From a virus, in the IMG/VR virus record IMGVR_UViG_3300044691_000116, positions 1 through 64,000 of that record: DNA of 64,000 nucleotides. One strand, given 5' to 3'. Position 1 is the first letter of the stretch. The number at the start of each line of letters is the position of its first letter. Positions 35,360-46,800 of the stretch are shown here, one piece after another. The notes beneath the pieces were generated by a model. It searched no databases and was not told the DNA's origin. It saw nothing but the letters and a program-made list of their open reading frames with translations. The translations under genes were made by a program, and so were the position numbers.

Positions 35360-36472
35360 TCACGTGCCTGAGCCCCGAACAACGGCATAAGGCCTTTTGC
35401 ACAGCAGGCCCGCCGTCGACATGGAATAGTCCTCGAGGTACGACTTCGCCTTCTTCTCCACGCCGAGCGCCATGAACTTGGCCGGCACGATCTGCTCGAA
35501 CACGCGGCTGTTGTCCGAGGCGCCGTCATCGACGGACTCGGCGTACAGGTAGAACACGTTCGCGCCACCGTTGGCCGCGTTCAGTTGCGGCGCCGATTCG
35601 ACACGCATCTGCGGGTAGGTCTCGCGGATCCAGCCCATGACGGACTGGTTGCCGTAGACCGCCACGGTCGACAGATACCCGTAGGTGTTCGTCGACACGA
35701 CCAGGGTGGTCGGCGTGGTGCCCGGGTTGATGGTGTCTTGCGACTGCGTCTGCAGCTTCACGACCGCCTGGCGGATGTCGGCGGTGATCTCGGTGAACGT
35801 CTTGGACGACCACAGGGGCGAACCGCTGACACCGTTGGCGATGGTGTAGTACGACGGCAGGCTCGGGTCGTTCAGGAAACCGTACGTGCGGTTGTTGCCC
35901 GAGTTGTAGCCGAAGAAGCCGATGACGTTGCGCTGCACCTCGAGCGACTGAGCGGCGCTGTTGCGCTTCTCGGCCGCCGAATTGATGCGGATGCGCGCCG
36001 CGCGGGCTTCCTCGAGCACGCTGACTTGCAGACCCTTCTCGAAGCGCACGATGGTGCGGCGCTCGAAGTTGGTGTTCCAGCTCGAGAGCGGAACCTGCGT
36101 CAGGTCACCGTACGGAACGGCAACGCCGATCGGCTCGAGGACGCCCTGCACGACTTCCTCGTCTTCCCACGAACCGATGGTCGTGACGCCGACGAGGGTG
36201 TCGATCTTGCGCGCCGCGGTGATCGTCTTCACGAAGCCGGGCAGCCATGCTTGCAGGAACTGCACGGGCGTGGTGATCGATGCGGTGGTGATCAGACCTT
36301 GCTGATCGTCCATGCCGAATCCGGCGAAGCCAGCCATCTTGTTGACGACCGCTTCTGAGAAACCGATGCCGACGCCGCCAAGGGCTGCGAAGTCATTCAC
36401 ATCCTCCGCGGTCATCACCATCGGGCGCACATCGCGCGGGGCGATGTAGCTGCGTTCTTGAGACTTGATCAT
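35360..36472 (-). CDS. major capsid protein (DUF2184-like, HK97 fold)
   Basis: PVQFLQ.WLPG, G.A.PYGD, GF.GY...RTYGFLNDP.L and C-terminal TAG...KRP.AV.R. Confidence 0.9.
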   Translation of the reverse strand: MIKSQERSYIAPRDVRPMVMTAEDVNDFAALGGVGIGFSEAVVNKMAGFAGFGMDDQQGLITTASITTPVQFLQAWLPGFVKTITAARKIDTLVGVTTIGSWEDEEVVQGVLEPIGVAVPYGDLTQVPLSSWNTNFERRTIVRFEKGLQVSVLEEARAARIRINSAAEKRNSAAQSLEVQRNVIGFFGYNSGNNRTYGFLNDPSLPSYYTIANGVSGSPLWSSKTFTEITADIRQAVVKLQTQSQDTINPGTTPTTLVVSTNTYGYLSTVAVYGNQSVMGWIRETYPQMRVESAPQLNAANGGANVFYLYAESVDDGASDNSRVFEQIVPAKFMALGVEKKAKSYLEDYSMSTAGLLCKRPYAVVRGSGT

Positions 36473-36485
36473 GTCAGTGCTCCGA

Positions 36486-36992
36486 TCAGTTGGTCAGGCG
36501 GATGGCCACGAGGCCGGCCACCGAAGTGAGGTTGCGCACGACGCAGTTCGGAACGAACGCGTTGCCCGAGCCAGCGGCAGCACCCGGAGCGACTGCACCG
36601 AGAGCGCCCGTCGCTGTGGCGTAGACCACGAGGTCGCCGATGTTGGCGGCGGTCGTGAGGGCCACGACCATCGTTCCCATCAGGACGAAGTCGCCGTCCG
36701 ATTGATCGGGCAGCGTCAGCGTCGGGGTCAGCGTTCCGGACGTGGTGCCCGAAGTCGAGTATTCCTTCGGGTTGGCCAGGATGCCGGCGAAGACGGTCGA
36801 GCCGTTCGTGATCGCGCCGCCGACCGTTGCGATGTCCGTGGTGTTGGACTTCGTATAGGCGTAGCCGATGACGTTGGGCGTGCCCGACGAATTGATGGTG
36901 GCCTTGCTCGCGCGCAGCGGGCCATCGTTGATGAGTTCACCGATGACGCCGTAGGCGTAGGTGATGTTCACAGTGGATTGGAAAGCGCTCAT
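36486..36992 (-). CDS. capsid decoration/cement protein
   Basis: FQSTV...GV.GE...DGP.R and FAGIL.NPK; between protease and capsid genes. Confidence 0.78.
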   Translation of the reverse strand: MSAFQSTVNITYAYGVIGELINDGPLRASKATINSSGTPNVIGYAYTKSNTTDIATVGGAITNGSTVFAGILANPKEYSTSGTTSGTLTPTLTLPDQSDGDFVLMGTMVVALTTAANIGDLVVYATATGALGAVAPGAAAGSGNAFVPNCVVRNLTSVAGLVAIRLTN

Positions 36993-36995
36993 GGC

Positions 36996-38528
36996 TTAGG
37001 CCCCCTTGTTGAGGTGACGGGTGACGAAGTTGCTGCCGGTGCCCGTGTCCATCGCTGCGGCGGTCTTGGCCGTCGCAGCCTTGGCGGGATCGCCCTTGGC
37101 GAGCAGGTAGCCCGAGAGAACCGCGGCTTCTTGGCCGGCTTGGGCCTTGATGCCCAGCTGCTTGACGCCGTAGGAGGCGACTTCAGCTTCGTTCATCTCG
37201 GAGTGGTCGAAGGTGCCGATGTGGGCGGACAGCTGCTTGGCGAGCGTGTCGCGGCGAGCGATCTGGCCAACGAGTTCCTTGAAGGTCAGGGCGGCGTCCA
37301 TCGACATGTCGGGGTTCTTGTCGGAGTCAGCCGCTTTGGCTTCCTCTTTCTTGTCGTCCTTCTTGTCGTCGTCCTTCTTCTCGAAGTCGGCGTCTTCAGC
37401 CTTCTTCTCGTCGTCCTTGTCGTCCTTCTTTTCGTCGGACTTCTCGGCTTCGTCCATGATCATCTTGATCGCGGGCATCGCCTGCTTGAGGGTCGCGAGT
37501 GCAGCGTCCAGCGTCATGCCGGAGCCGCCCTCGTTTTCTTTGTCAGCCATGGGTGGCTCCTTGGGTAGTGAGGTGGATTGATCGATCGAGTCCAAGACCG
37601 CAACGTCTGGCCCCATGCGCCCGGAATGAACCAGCGCCAAGTGATTGCCGCGAATCGTTCGCTGGATAGCGTCGTAGGCCGCACCTTGGAAAACTCCCTT
37701 GGTGAAGTCATAGACACAGCGATAGCCGCACGACAATTCCCGCTTCCCGGCTTCGATCAGGCCCGCCATGGATTGGGAGAAAACTTTCAGATTCCCGTAG
37801 AGGGTTCCGTCTTCGAAGAACACGTCTTCGCCGATCACGCCCTGAATGCCCTTGCGCTCGGCGGGCATCAACCCGTCCTCTTCGCTGCCCAGCATCACGT
37901 GGTCATCGATCCACGGCAGGAGGCGGAAGCTGTCGATGCATTCCGGATCGGCGAGCTCTTCGGCCGGCCGGTAGACCCGGTACTGACGGTCAGGGTTTTC
38001 CGCGTCGCCGACCTGGCGGCCGAGGTAGGGGAAGACGCCGACCTTGGAGAGCGGGTTGCGCGAAATCTCCGGCCAGCCGTTCGTATCTACGGTTCGCGCT
38101 GACTCGTCCATCGAGACCGCGTCGGTAAGCGCAAGGTTGATCGCCGCAACGGCTTGGAAGGCACCTGTTATCTGGTCCGCAACGGCCGGATGCAAGGGAC
38201 TCGGCAAGTCGGACGTCGTTGCCCAGACATAGCCGTCGTGTTCTTCGTTGAGGGTGGGCGCGAAGGTATCGCCGACGCACAGGAACAGCACGAAGCCGCC
38301 GCGCTCTTCGAGGAGCGTGATGGCGCTGGGTGCATGACCGGTCTCTTCGACGGATTCGCGCACCGCTGCTTGCTCTCCGCTCTCGCCCTCCTCGATTCCG
38401 CCAGCCGGGAATCCCCATGTCGACGGGTTCGAGGCGGCATTGGCTGCGCGCTTGAGCAGCAGCACGCGGTCGCCAGTGATGTAGGCGATGCCGGCAGCCG
38501 TGGCAACAGGGGGGAGTTCTTGGGTCAT
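36996..38528 (-). CDS. prohead protease/scaffold (DUF2213-like) with N-terminal NUDIX domain
   Basis: Nudix box [22 protein letters not shown]; [22 protein letters not shown] and NHLALV..GR.G. Confidence 0.88.
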   Translation of the reverse strand: MTQELPPVATAAGIAYITGDRVLLLKRAANAASNPSTWGFPAGGIEEGESGEQAAVRESVEETGHAPSAITLLEERGGFVLFLCVGDTFAPTLNEEHDGYVWATTSDLPSPLHPAVADQITGAFQAVAAINLALTDAVSMDESARTVDTNGWPEISRNPLSKVGVFPYLGRQVGDAENPDRQYRVYRPAEELADPECIDSFRLLPWIDDHVMLGSEEDGLMPAERKGIQGVIGEDVFFEDGTLYGNLKVFSQSMAGLIEAGKRELSCGYRCVYDFTKGVFQGAAYDAIQRTIRGNHLALVHSGRMGPDVAVLDSIDQSTSLPKEPPMADKENEGGSGMTLDAALATLKQAMPAIKMIMDEAEKSDEKKDDKDDEKKAEDADFEKKDDDKKDDKKEEAKAADSDKNPDMSMDAALTFKELVGQIARRDTLAKQLSAHIGTFDHSEMNEAEVASYGVKQLGIKAQAGQEAAVLSGYLLAKGDPAKAATAKTAAAMDTGTGSNFVTRHLNKGA

Positions 38529-38584
38529 GGCTGCACAATTGAAAAAGCCCGCGAGGTGCGGGCTTGGAATCGAAGTGGTCGAGG

Positions 38585-38833
38585 CTACTCGTTGACGATC
38601 TGGTCAACCGGATTCGGAGCGAGTAGCTCGTCCTCCCAGGCCTTCTCGCAGTGGCGGGCCTCGAACAGGTTCAAGAACTGGCAGACGTAGCCGCAGAACT
38701 TGCACTTGCCTTCGAGGATGTCGTGACCCATGCGAGCCGACAGCGTCATGCGCGGGTCGCCGCCGAAGAGCGTGTTGATCGATTGATCGAAGAGGTGCGC
38801 CCAGTTGAAGAGGTATTGCAGGAATTTGCGCAT
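38585..38833 (-). CDS. hypothetical phage protein
   Basis: DQ..NT..GGDP..T.S.R.G...C..L......HC. Confidence 0.75.
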   Translation of the reverse strand: MRKFLQYLFNWAHLFDQSINTLFGGDPRMTLSARMGHDILEGKCKFCGYVCQFLNLFEARHCEKAWEDELLAPNPVDQIVNE

Positions 38834-38843
38834 GGCAGGCTCT

Positions 38844-39695
38844 TCAGTCGGTGTCGAAAGTGACAAGGGGGCGCATCTTGCAGCGGCAGCCTGGAAGGTC
38901 GCCGGGCTTGCCGTAGACCTTCTCGCCATACATATCGCCGATGTAGGGCGGCTCATCGAGTCGATAGACATTGCCGTTCATGGCGACATGCAGCGGGCGG
39001 GGCTCTTTGCTTCCGCCGGCGTGGACCCATTCGTAGGTCTTCACGCCGATCGCATCCATGCGCGCGGTATTGATGTTGTTGAAGGACTTGCGTACCTGAT
39101 CCATCGACACATTCCGCGCGTGCCGAATGTTGCCTTGGTACTGCTTTTCCAGAAACGGCACGAGATCTTTCATGCCGTTCCCGCTCGTGATGGATCGCAT
39201 CACGGCGCCCTGCACCTTGCCGAGGTAGTTCGTCGGGATCAACTTGATCAGTCCTACCGCCTCGGTCGTGCTGGCCGTGATGATGTCCAGCAGCTTGGGC
39301 GTCATCTGCTTCGGGTCGAGCGTGACCGAGGCGCTGATCTCGCGCAGGGACATGCCGAGCGTGACCGCACTGTTCTTGACCGTGCGGTCGATCATTCGCT
39401 TCGTCGCCCGCTTGGCGAACTTGTTGAACATCGCCTCGTACTTGTCCAGCAGCCGATTCGTCGCGATGCGCGCCTGACTGCTGATGTTCGTGTGGCCAGC
39501 GATCGCGCCTTCGATCGGCTTGGCGTCCATGGCGTCGTGCGCTGCTTCGAAGAAGAGTGTCGTCAACTCCTTCTTCGTCTCGTCGGCCATGCGGCGAATC
39601 AGCGTCAGGATCGCCCAGGTGAACTCCTGTTCAATCGCCGCGCTCGGGTTCAGGACGCCGCCCTTGAGCGGCTCATTCCTCCGCGTCGGGGTCAT
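38844..39695 (-). CDS. head morphogenesis protein (SPP1 gp7/MuF-like)
   Basis: A....DQ..K, Y.W.H......PR..H..MNG and PG...CRC motifs. Confidence 0.88.
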   Translation of the reverse strand: MTPTRRNEPLKGGVLNPSAAIEQEFTWAILTLIRRMADETKKELTTLFFEAAHDAMDAKPIEGAIAGHTNISSQARIATNRLLDKYEAMFNKFAKRATKRMIDRTVKNSAVTLGMSLREISASVTLDPKQMTPKLLDIITASTTEAVGLIKLIPTNYLGKVQGAVMRSITSGNGMKDLVPFLEKQYQGNIRHARNVSMDQVRKSFNNINTARMDAIGVKTYEWVHAGGSKEPRPLHVAMNGNVYRLDEPPYIGDMYGEKVYGKPGDLPGCRCKMRPLVTFDTD

Positions 39696-41166
39696 CGTCC
39701 AACGGAGGTTCAACTTCCTGCGACAGGTCAACGCCCGCATAGCCGCTGGCCGGATCCAGGCCGAGGCGCTGGCGCTCGTCTTCGCTGGCAAGGGCGCCGG
39801 ACGCAATCAACGCTGCGCCAGTCTGTGCTTTCACTAGATTCGTGTCGGCCTGCTCCTTGGCGGTCGGGCTATCGAGCGGGCGCCATTCGACAGTGGTCTC
39901 GATCTTCTTGTTGCCGACCTCGGAGCGCATAACCAGCAGGTGATGACGCTCGATGAATGGCGTCAGGTCGTGCGCTTGGATGCTCTCCAACTCTTCGTGG
40001 TAGCTGGCCTCTTCGTAATCTCCCGTGGCGTTGAAGCCCTTTGGCGTCGTGCCAAGTAGCTTCGTGCTCGGGATGTTCGCTGCGGCCGCCACGATCTGGT
40101 ATTGCGTCATGATGACGCTATCCAGGTCGGCGAGGCTGGTGTCGAATTGGTTGAATTCGTCGCCTTCCTTGTCGCCGAGCTTGATCGCGTAGTTATCGCG
40201 GAACGCCACCCAGTCGTTCATGCGGCTGACGGCTTCATCGCCGAGCGCCACGAACTTGGCCATGTCCGTCATGAACACCGTCGTGCGCTTCGTCTGCGCC
40301 AGCTGCGGAGCCTCGTTGGCGACGCGCTCGGCCGCATAGACCCGCTCCATGATCCGCTGCGGCAACGGAACGCCCCCATACATGTACTGCGGCTTGAGCA
40401 GGTCGGGCAGGTCGCCGTTGCGGTAGATGATCAGGTGCGAGCGGTGGTAGCGCACGCCGTTGATCTGCCACCATGTCGGCTCGTAGAAGTGCCTCGTGTC
40501 CGGGCGCGACGACGAGGCCTGATCGAGTTGCGGCGCCGTCCAGTACGGGTCGACCTGCACGATGCCTTTGTAAGAGCCGGGCGTCACGCCGTCGGCGTTG
40601 AACGGCTTCGTGTAGTACTCGGGATCGCTCGAATCGACCTTGAACAGCGCGATGCGGATGCCAAAGATCCGGCCCATGCGCACGAATTGCTCGAGATTCC
40701 AGTTCAGCCGCATCGAGCGATCGGCCTTGTGGAGGATCTTGAGCGTCTTCTCGTCCATGTCGTCGCCGTCGACATTCACGACGTCGAAGCCCTGACGGAT
40801 TGCGTCGCGCGCCGGGACGGTGCAGGCCTTGTCGATCAGCCAGTGTTGCGCCAGGATCGCGCACATCTGGTGCCCGATGAACGTCTGCGAGGCGTACCAC
40901 ATCGCCAGGACTTCTGGCAGGTTCTGCGCGGTCGCGGCCATCTTGAGCGCGATGCCGCCCGAGCCGTCGTCGTCCATGACGCCGCCCACCTGGATCTTTG
41001 GCGCCTTGTTGATTAGCTCCCGAATATGGTCGCCTATCTGGAATAAGCGCCCACGTTCTTCGGCAAAGTGCGTGCTCCAGAATGAGCCGCCGGCCTCTTT
41101 CGACGCGGCTGGTTGCGGCGGCGCCGAGGTTTCCCGGTTGCCGAAGACCCACGAGAACATGCCCAT
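39673..41166 (-). CDS. portal protein (DUF1073-like)
   Basis: FIGHQ.CA.LAQHWLIDKAC..P.RDA.R, YHRSHL and IP.TKLLG..PKGFNATG. Confidence 0.9.
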   Translation of the reverse strand: MGMFSWVFGNRETSAPPQPAASKEAGGSFWSTHFAEERGRLFQIGDHIRELINKAPKIQVGGVMDDDGSGGIALKMAATAQNLPEVLAMWYASQTFIGHQMCAILAQHWLIDKACTVPARDAIRQGFDVVNVDGDDMDEKTLKILHKADRSMRLNWNLEQFVRMGRIFGIRIALFKVDSSDPEYYTKPFNADGVTPGSYKGIVQVDPYWTAPQLDQASSSRPDTRHFYEPTWWQINGVRYHRSHLIIYRNGDLPDLLKPQYMYGGVPLPQRIMERVYAAERVANEAPQLAQTKRTTVFMTDMAKFVALGDEAVSRMNDWVAFRDNYAIKLGDKEGDEFNQFDTSLADLDSVIMTQYQIVAAAANIPSTKLLGTTPKGFNATGDYEEASYHEELESIQAHDLTPFIERHHLLVMRSEVGNKKIETTVEWRPLDSPTAKEQADTNLVKAQTGAALIASGALASEDERQRLGLDPASGYAGVDLSQEVEPPLDDDPDAEE

Positions 41167-42539
41167 CAGCCGAACCAGCTCGTCTTCTTCATCACGCCCG
41201 GCAGGAACGCCATGATGAAGGCGTCCGCCAGATTGGGAGAGGCGACCTCGCGTTTGGCAAGATCCTTCTTGCTCTCGACCTTGACCCGCCCGGCGGCGTC
41301 GTAGTCGCGCAGCGGGGTTGAGAGTTCGTCCATGAGCTTGTCCAGGTTCGGCATCGCGCTGTCGATGAAGATCATGTCTTCGTCGGCAAACTTCTGCCCG
41401 TTGCGCACGGCGTTGTAGGTGTTGCGCAGCCTGTCGGCCACGAGCCACCACGCCTGTGCTTTGATGTTCGAGAAGAAGTCTTTGTTCTTCATCTCGGTGT
41501 CGCCGTACTTGGCGTCGGGTCGGAAAACCGCGCCGCCGGCGAAGAACTTCATGTGCTCGACGTTCGGGCCATCGGTCGCGTTGAGCTCGTTGAACTTGGC
41601 CCCGGCGCTGGCGCCTACGCCGATGGCGTCGTAGATGACCAGTGACCCGTGGGTCCGGGCATCTGAGTGCACGCGGGTGCACGACTTCAGGAGCTCGTCT
41701 TCCTTGCCGCGCCACGTGTCCGATGACGTGGCAAGCGGGCCGACCGCGTCAACCGTAGCACAGGCATCCTCGCCAGCATCGGCGATGTCGAAGCCTTTGC
41801 GCTTGCTACCGCGGATCTCAATCTCGAGCGCCTTGTGCGCATCCAATGCGGCCATGAGCCACGATCGCTTGATGACGACGCGCTCGTCGTCGAGCATCGG
41901 AACGCCTTCGTAGACGTGCAGATAGTTGTCGTAGTCCGCCGCCTTTCGCTTCTCGATCACCTTGCGGCTGGTGTCCGAGAGGAATGGGTTTTCGTCGTAG
42001 TTGATCTTCCGGACGATCGTGTCGCCATCCGGATTGAGCACGAAGGTCTTGTAGACAAAGTCCGTCGCCAACTTCGGGTTGAAGACGACCCAGACCTGTG
42101 ACCCGTTCTTGCGAATCGTGGGCTCCAGGATGTCCCACTGCGCTTTCGTGAGGTAGTGGCCCTCCTCGATCCAGAGGATGTCCACGCCCTCTAGGGACTT
42201 CACCTCGGCGATGTTGCGCGCCAAGCCGTAGAACAGGAACTCCGTCCCGGTGATCCGGTTCGTGATCTTGTTGTGCAGGATCTCGAAGCGATTCGAAAGC
42301 CCGAACCGTTCGATCTGGATCTTCAGGAGGGCGTAGACGCTCTCTTCGATTTTGTTCTGGAACTGCCGGGTGCACAGGATCCGGAGCTTCGCCGCATTCG
42401 CCAGGAACGTCGCCATGCCAGCGGCGTCCCACGACTTCGACGAGTCCCGCCCACCGTACAAGACTCGGTTCCGGTATCCCTTGGCTTCCCAGAATGGCCG
42501 CAGGGCCGGGTTCAGCGTCGGGAGGCTATCGCTCCCCAT
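41166..42539 (-). CDS. terL: terminase large subunit (PBSX-like)
   Basis: YGGRDSSKS Walker A, ILWIEE Walker B, FNP and C-terminal SPNLADA. Confidence 0.93.
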   Translation of the reverse strand: MGSDSLPTLNPALRPFWEAKGYRNRVLYGGRDSSKSWDAAGMATFLANAAKLRILCTRQFQNKIEESVYALLKIQIERFGLSNRFEILHNKITNRITGTEFLFYGLARNIAEVKSLEGVDILWIEEGHYLTKAQWDILEPTIRKNGSQVWVVFNPKLATDFVYKTFVLNPDGDTIVRKINYDENPFLSDTSRKVIEKRKAADYDNYLHVYEGVPMLDDERVVIKRSWLMAALDAHKALEIEIRGSKRKGFDIADAGEDACATVDAVGPLATSSDTWRGKEDELLKSCTRVHSDARTHGSLVIYDAIGVGASAGAKFNELNATDGPNVEHMKFFAGGAVFRPDAKYGDTEMKNKDFFSNIKAQAWWLVADRLRNTYNAVRNGQKFADEDMIFIDSAMPNLDKLMDELSTPLRDYDAAGRVKVESKKDLAKREVASPNLADAFIMAFLPGVMKKTSWFG

Positions 42540-43152
42540 AGAAGAAGCCCAACCCCGCCGGCGCCTTGTCGTCGCCTCCCGCCTCGGCCCCGATGTTGTA
42601 GGCCTCGCGCTCGAGACCAACCAGATGGCGCAAGGTTTCGGCCAGCGCCTTCATGGTCTTGGTGCGTTCCGGCAGGCTGATGACCGCTTGGTAGATGTCG
42701 TTCAGCTTGTCGACGCCGTTCTCGTTTTCCTTGCGCAGCATGACGCCGAGGTCGACCAGGGCCGGGAGGTTGCCGGTCTGGCTCTCGAGTTCGGCGATTA
42801 GGGTCTCGGTCAACTCCTGAGCCCTCGCGGCCATGCGGCGATGCTTGATGCGGACGCCGGCCTGCTGTGCGGCCACGCTCTCCACAACCTCGCGCTCGGT
42901 GGCCGCCGGTACGCCACTTTCTTGCGTACCGGTCTTGCGTACCGACTCCTTGCGTACCAAGTCATCGGCCTTCGCCTTGATCTTGGCGCCGATGTCTCGC
43001 GTCCAGCCGTCGCGCTTGACGCGCTTGCGGATCGATCCCTCGGTGATGCCCCCCACCTGGGAAGCGATCTCGCGCAGGGTCAGGATGCCGGCCCGGTAGG
43101 CGATCTCGATCCGCTCCCAGTCGATCACTCGGCGAGGCTTGGGGTCGGTCAT
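42526..43152 (-). CDS. terS: terminase small subunit
   Basis: DWERIE..YRAG...LREIA...IRKR.KRDGW.RD HTH, upstream of terL. Confidence 0.85.
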   Translation of the reverse strand: MTDPKPRRVIDWERIEIAYRAGILTLREIASQVGGITEGSIRKRVKRDGWTRDIGAKIKAKADDLVRKESVRKTGTQESGVPAATEREVVESVAAQQAGVRIKHRRMAARAQELTETLIAELESQTGNLPALVDLGVMLRKENENGVDKLNDIYQAVISLPERTKTMKALAETLRHLVGLEREAYNIGAEAGGDDKAPAGLGFFYGER

Positions 43153-43269
43153 AGGGGGTTACTCAACAATGGACAACCACTCGGGGCCGTTTAGACTGAC
43201 CCAGCGGCGGGATGGGTGCGTGAGGCGCCCTCCCCGCTGCGGGTTCTGTTCTTCAACTGAGGGGGAAAC

Positions 43270-43821
43270 ATGAAACGCTACTTCTTGGCGGGAGCCGCTG
43301 CATTGCTGGCGAGCTCCGCAGCGCTGGCCGACGTGACTTTTGCGATCCCGCTCTCGGGGACGATGACGTACTCGGCCGACATCTGCGACCATCCGGACGG
43401 ATCAACGGATGGCTGCTCGATCACGACACCGTTCACGGGGCCGCTTGAGGTGGTCCTACCTTCGGCGGCTGACGGGTTCTACTTCGCGCCAGGGATCACG
43501 ATGTTTCTGGGCTCGCCTGCGTACAGCATCACGAGCTCGTCGGACTATCAGTTCGGTGTCACCGTCTTGGGCGGCAGGATCACCGACATCTATGCAGACG
43601 CTGCGGTGGGCAGCGGGTACATGGCTGTGAATATGGGCGGTCCGACCGGGTTGCACCTGGAGGACGGGGATGTACACGGGTACACCGTGATTGATGCGGC
43701 GCTGATCGTGCCAGAACCTAGCGCTGCGGGCTTGGTTCTCGCCGGGGTCGGCCTTTTGGCGACCCGCTCCCGGCGTCGAGCAGGTTACGGGAAGACTGTC
43801 GCCGGCACTGCCAGCGATTGA
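43270..43821 (+). CDS. PEP-CTERM sorting-signal surface protein (moron)
   Basis: Signal peptide; C-terminal VPEPSAAGLVLAGVGLLATRSRRR; opposite strand to neighbours, with TGGACA-16-TAGACT upstream. Confidence 0.85.
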   Translation: MKRYFLAGAAALLASSAALADVTFAIPLSGTMTYSADICDHPDGSTDGCSITTPFTGPLEVVLPSAADGFYFAPGITMFLGSPAYSITSSSDYQFGVTVLGGRITDIYADAAVGSGYMAVNMGGPTGLHLEDGDVHGYTVIDAALIVPEPSAAGLVLAGVGLLATRSRRRAGYGKTVAGTASD

Positions 43822-46800
43822 AGGATCGGCACGACCTGCTGGCCGAACGGCGTAAGTTCGGCCGGGTTTGAGGTCTGATAGCCGCCGCCGCCGGCATTGT
43901 AGGAGCCCGCAAGGCGAATCATCGCGTATGGGTTCCCGCCGTTATTGTTGCTCGGGTCATCTAGCGCCCATGGCAGCCAGCCCAGGAGGTTGGCTTCCGC
44001 AACAGCGATCAATTCGAGGGCATCCAGGTTGGTGAAATTGCCGCTTTGTTGGTTCTGATATGCGGGGCCGAACTCTCCGATACAGTAGGTCGGGCCACCT
44101 ATTGCGTTCGCGGCCGTGCTCATGGCCACAGCCGCGGCCGTGAAGCCTCCTGTCCGGTAGCCACCGTAGATGTGTGCGGAGAACATCGTGTTGACCTGAG
44201 TATCGGTTGCGAGGACGTTCTGCCCATGATGGGTCAGTGTCCAGAAGTTCCCGGCGCCGCCCAAATCCTGGCCGGAGCCCGGCGCATCGATCATGATCGT
44301 GCATTTGTAGCCGGCGGTACGGAGGGCCGCGACCATGGCGTTGTAGGCCTCCCTCCAGGTCACGTCGTCGAACGACGTTGCGACAGATACTGCCTGACCC
44401 GGGGTCACGGCATAGGTGGCGCCGATCGCGCCGGCCGTTCCGGTCAGTGGCGTGGCGCTCACAATCTGGAAAGGCGTAACGCCTGTGGCGCCAAGATACA
44501 TCCGAGTCCGAATCGGAGTCGCCGCTGATACCGCCGCCGTGAGCGTCAGAGTCGTTCCGGAGATCGTACCGTGAACAACACCCGTTATGCCGGCAGTTCC
44601 CCACTCGTTGACGATGTTCAGGATCATGTAGCGCTCGTACGCCGCCCAGCGCGGATACTGCTCGACCCATTGCTGCGTAGCTGCCGCCAGGACTGCGACG
44701 CTGGTGTTTCCTGACGTGGGGCAGTAGTACCCCATCGTGCTCGTCGACGCGACCGTCTGCGCCGCGCCGCTGATGGTGTAGGTTCCCTCTTTGCCTTGGA
44801 TGCCTGAGCCGTTCGTGTTCGTCAGCTGCGCGGTAATGATCGCGGAGCCAGTGACACCTGTTCCTGACAGGCCCGTACCATTGGGCTGCGAGGTGCCGTT
44901 CGATACTGCAATGACTCCACGGTCGGTGCCATCAGACGCATGCGCCATCGCGGTCACGGTAAGCGTGTTGCCGCTGACGCTGCCCGTGAAGTAGGCCTTC
45001 ACAGCCGCAATGACCGGAATCGGGACGCACTGGTGATTCGGCGACGTCGAAATCATGTCGTCGATCAGTGGTTTGTTCTTCGTCGTCCAGTCCTGCGTCA
45101 TGTCGGTGAACATGCGCTGGCAGTTGGCCTTGGTGTTGAATAGGCCGACCGTTCCGGTTACCGGGGTATTGGAATCCCAGTGCAGGCGGTTCGCCCCGCG
45201 CGGGCGCCACTTGTTGCCATTCGCATCGTAGAGCGTTCCGTGGGCCGTCCAGAAGCCGACGCCCGTGCTCGTGCCCGGCCGCGTCATGGTGGACGGAGCG
45301 GTATCGGTGAGAGAGTCCGCACACGCTGCCGTGCTGAGGCTTGCAACAATCTTGAGTGAGGTGCTGAAGAACGAGCCGTAGGCGGTCAGATTCCCAAGCG
45401 CCGTTGTGCCGGCATAAACACCAGGGGCCAGCACCGAGTCGATGTAGTGGGTGCCGATGTAGACCCGGATCTGCGAAACCGCCTGTACCGTGATGCCCGC
45501 GTTCTCGCCGAGACCGCCGATGTTCAAGCCGGCGCCGGGGCTGGCCGCGGTCTGAACCGCCGTCTGCGAGACCACCGTGTGGGTCGCCGTGAATTCAGTA
45601 CTGGCGTAGGTGCCGCTTGGGGTCGTGACGCGCACACTGAACCACTTGCCCACGTCGCCTGTGACCGGCGTGTAGGTTGAGCCCGTCGCGCCGCTGATCG
45701 CCACCGGGCCGGAAGTGCCAGCATTGGCATGCCACTGTTGCGATGTGATCGGGCCGGTATAGCCTGGTGTGACGTAGGTCAGGGCTTGGCCCTTGACCGG
45801 AATCCCGAGGATCACGGGCGTGAACGGCGTCGGGTTGATGTAGGCCGCCCCGATCAGTCGCGCCAGCTGAGTCATCGACAACACGATGGGCAGCACGATC
45901 GCGCCGAGAGTCTCGAGCGCCGTTGCACCCCAGCCGTCGGCCGCCGTCCAGGCCTCAACGTTGGTAGTCGTCGTGGGAGGCGTCCAATAGAACGTCCCGT
46001 TTGCCTGAACACCGACGCTGCCGCCCTTGGTGTCGTAGGCGACTTGATTCGCGGCCGCGAGATCAGCACTGGCGGTGAGGCGATTGGCCGTCGTCGCATA
46101 GGGCGTGGCCAGGGTGACGTAGGCCCAGCCGGCTTGCGGCAGGATGCCCGTGACCAACGCGGAGGTGTTGCTAGTCGCGCCACCGTTGACGGTCACGACG
46201 AGGCTGACGGCAGTTCCGTAGCCATTCGTTCCGCGGGCGACCGTGACGGTGATGGACGTATCCGACCAGGACGTTACGGCGCAAACAGTTCCGCCCAACG
46301 CGACCGAGCCCGTGCCCTGCGTCGCCCCGAAGTTGACGCCAGTGAGCGTCAGCGACCCGAGGTGCCGCGGCGTCTTCGTACTGACGCCGGTGATGGTGGG
46401 TGCAGTGGTCGAGCCCTTGATGATGAACGCCGCGGCGGACCAGAAAGTTGAGGCCGACAGCGTCCAGCCTGGCGTCCATGTTCCCGTCGTCGTCGTGGCG
46501 CGCGTGATGATGCGCAGTTGCTGCGCCGAGCCCACGTTGTCGTTGCCAATGAGCGGCGTATACCCGGACAGCGGCGTCGCCGTGGCAAAGGCCACGTTGC
46601 GCGTGACCATGAAGCCAACGACCAGGTCGTTCGTGAAGGTGTTCGGGCCGACGGCTACTTGCGGCGCCGTGCTGCCAGCGTTGAATGCCGTCGTGACCGC
46701 GGCGTCCAGCAGGTCGGCATGCTCGCCCGTCACCGCGAAGATGGCGGCGCTGACTTCGACCGAGCTACCCGCCTTGCCGAACGTGACGGTCGGCGTGGTG

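Noticed and set aside
39673-41166. Anti-CBASS Acb1 function sometimes attached to DUF1073-type annotations
   Set aside because: The protein is portal-sized and I see no extra 2H-phosphodiesterase (HxT) domain.
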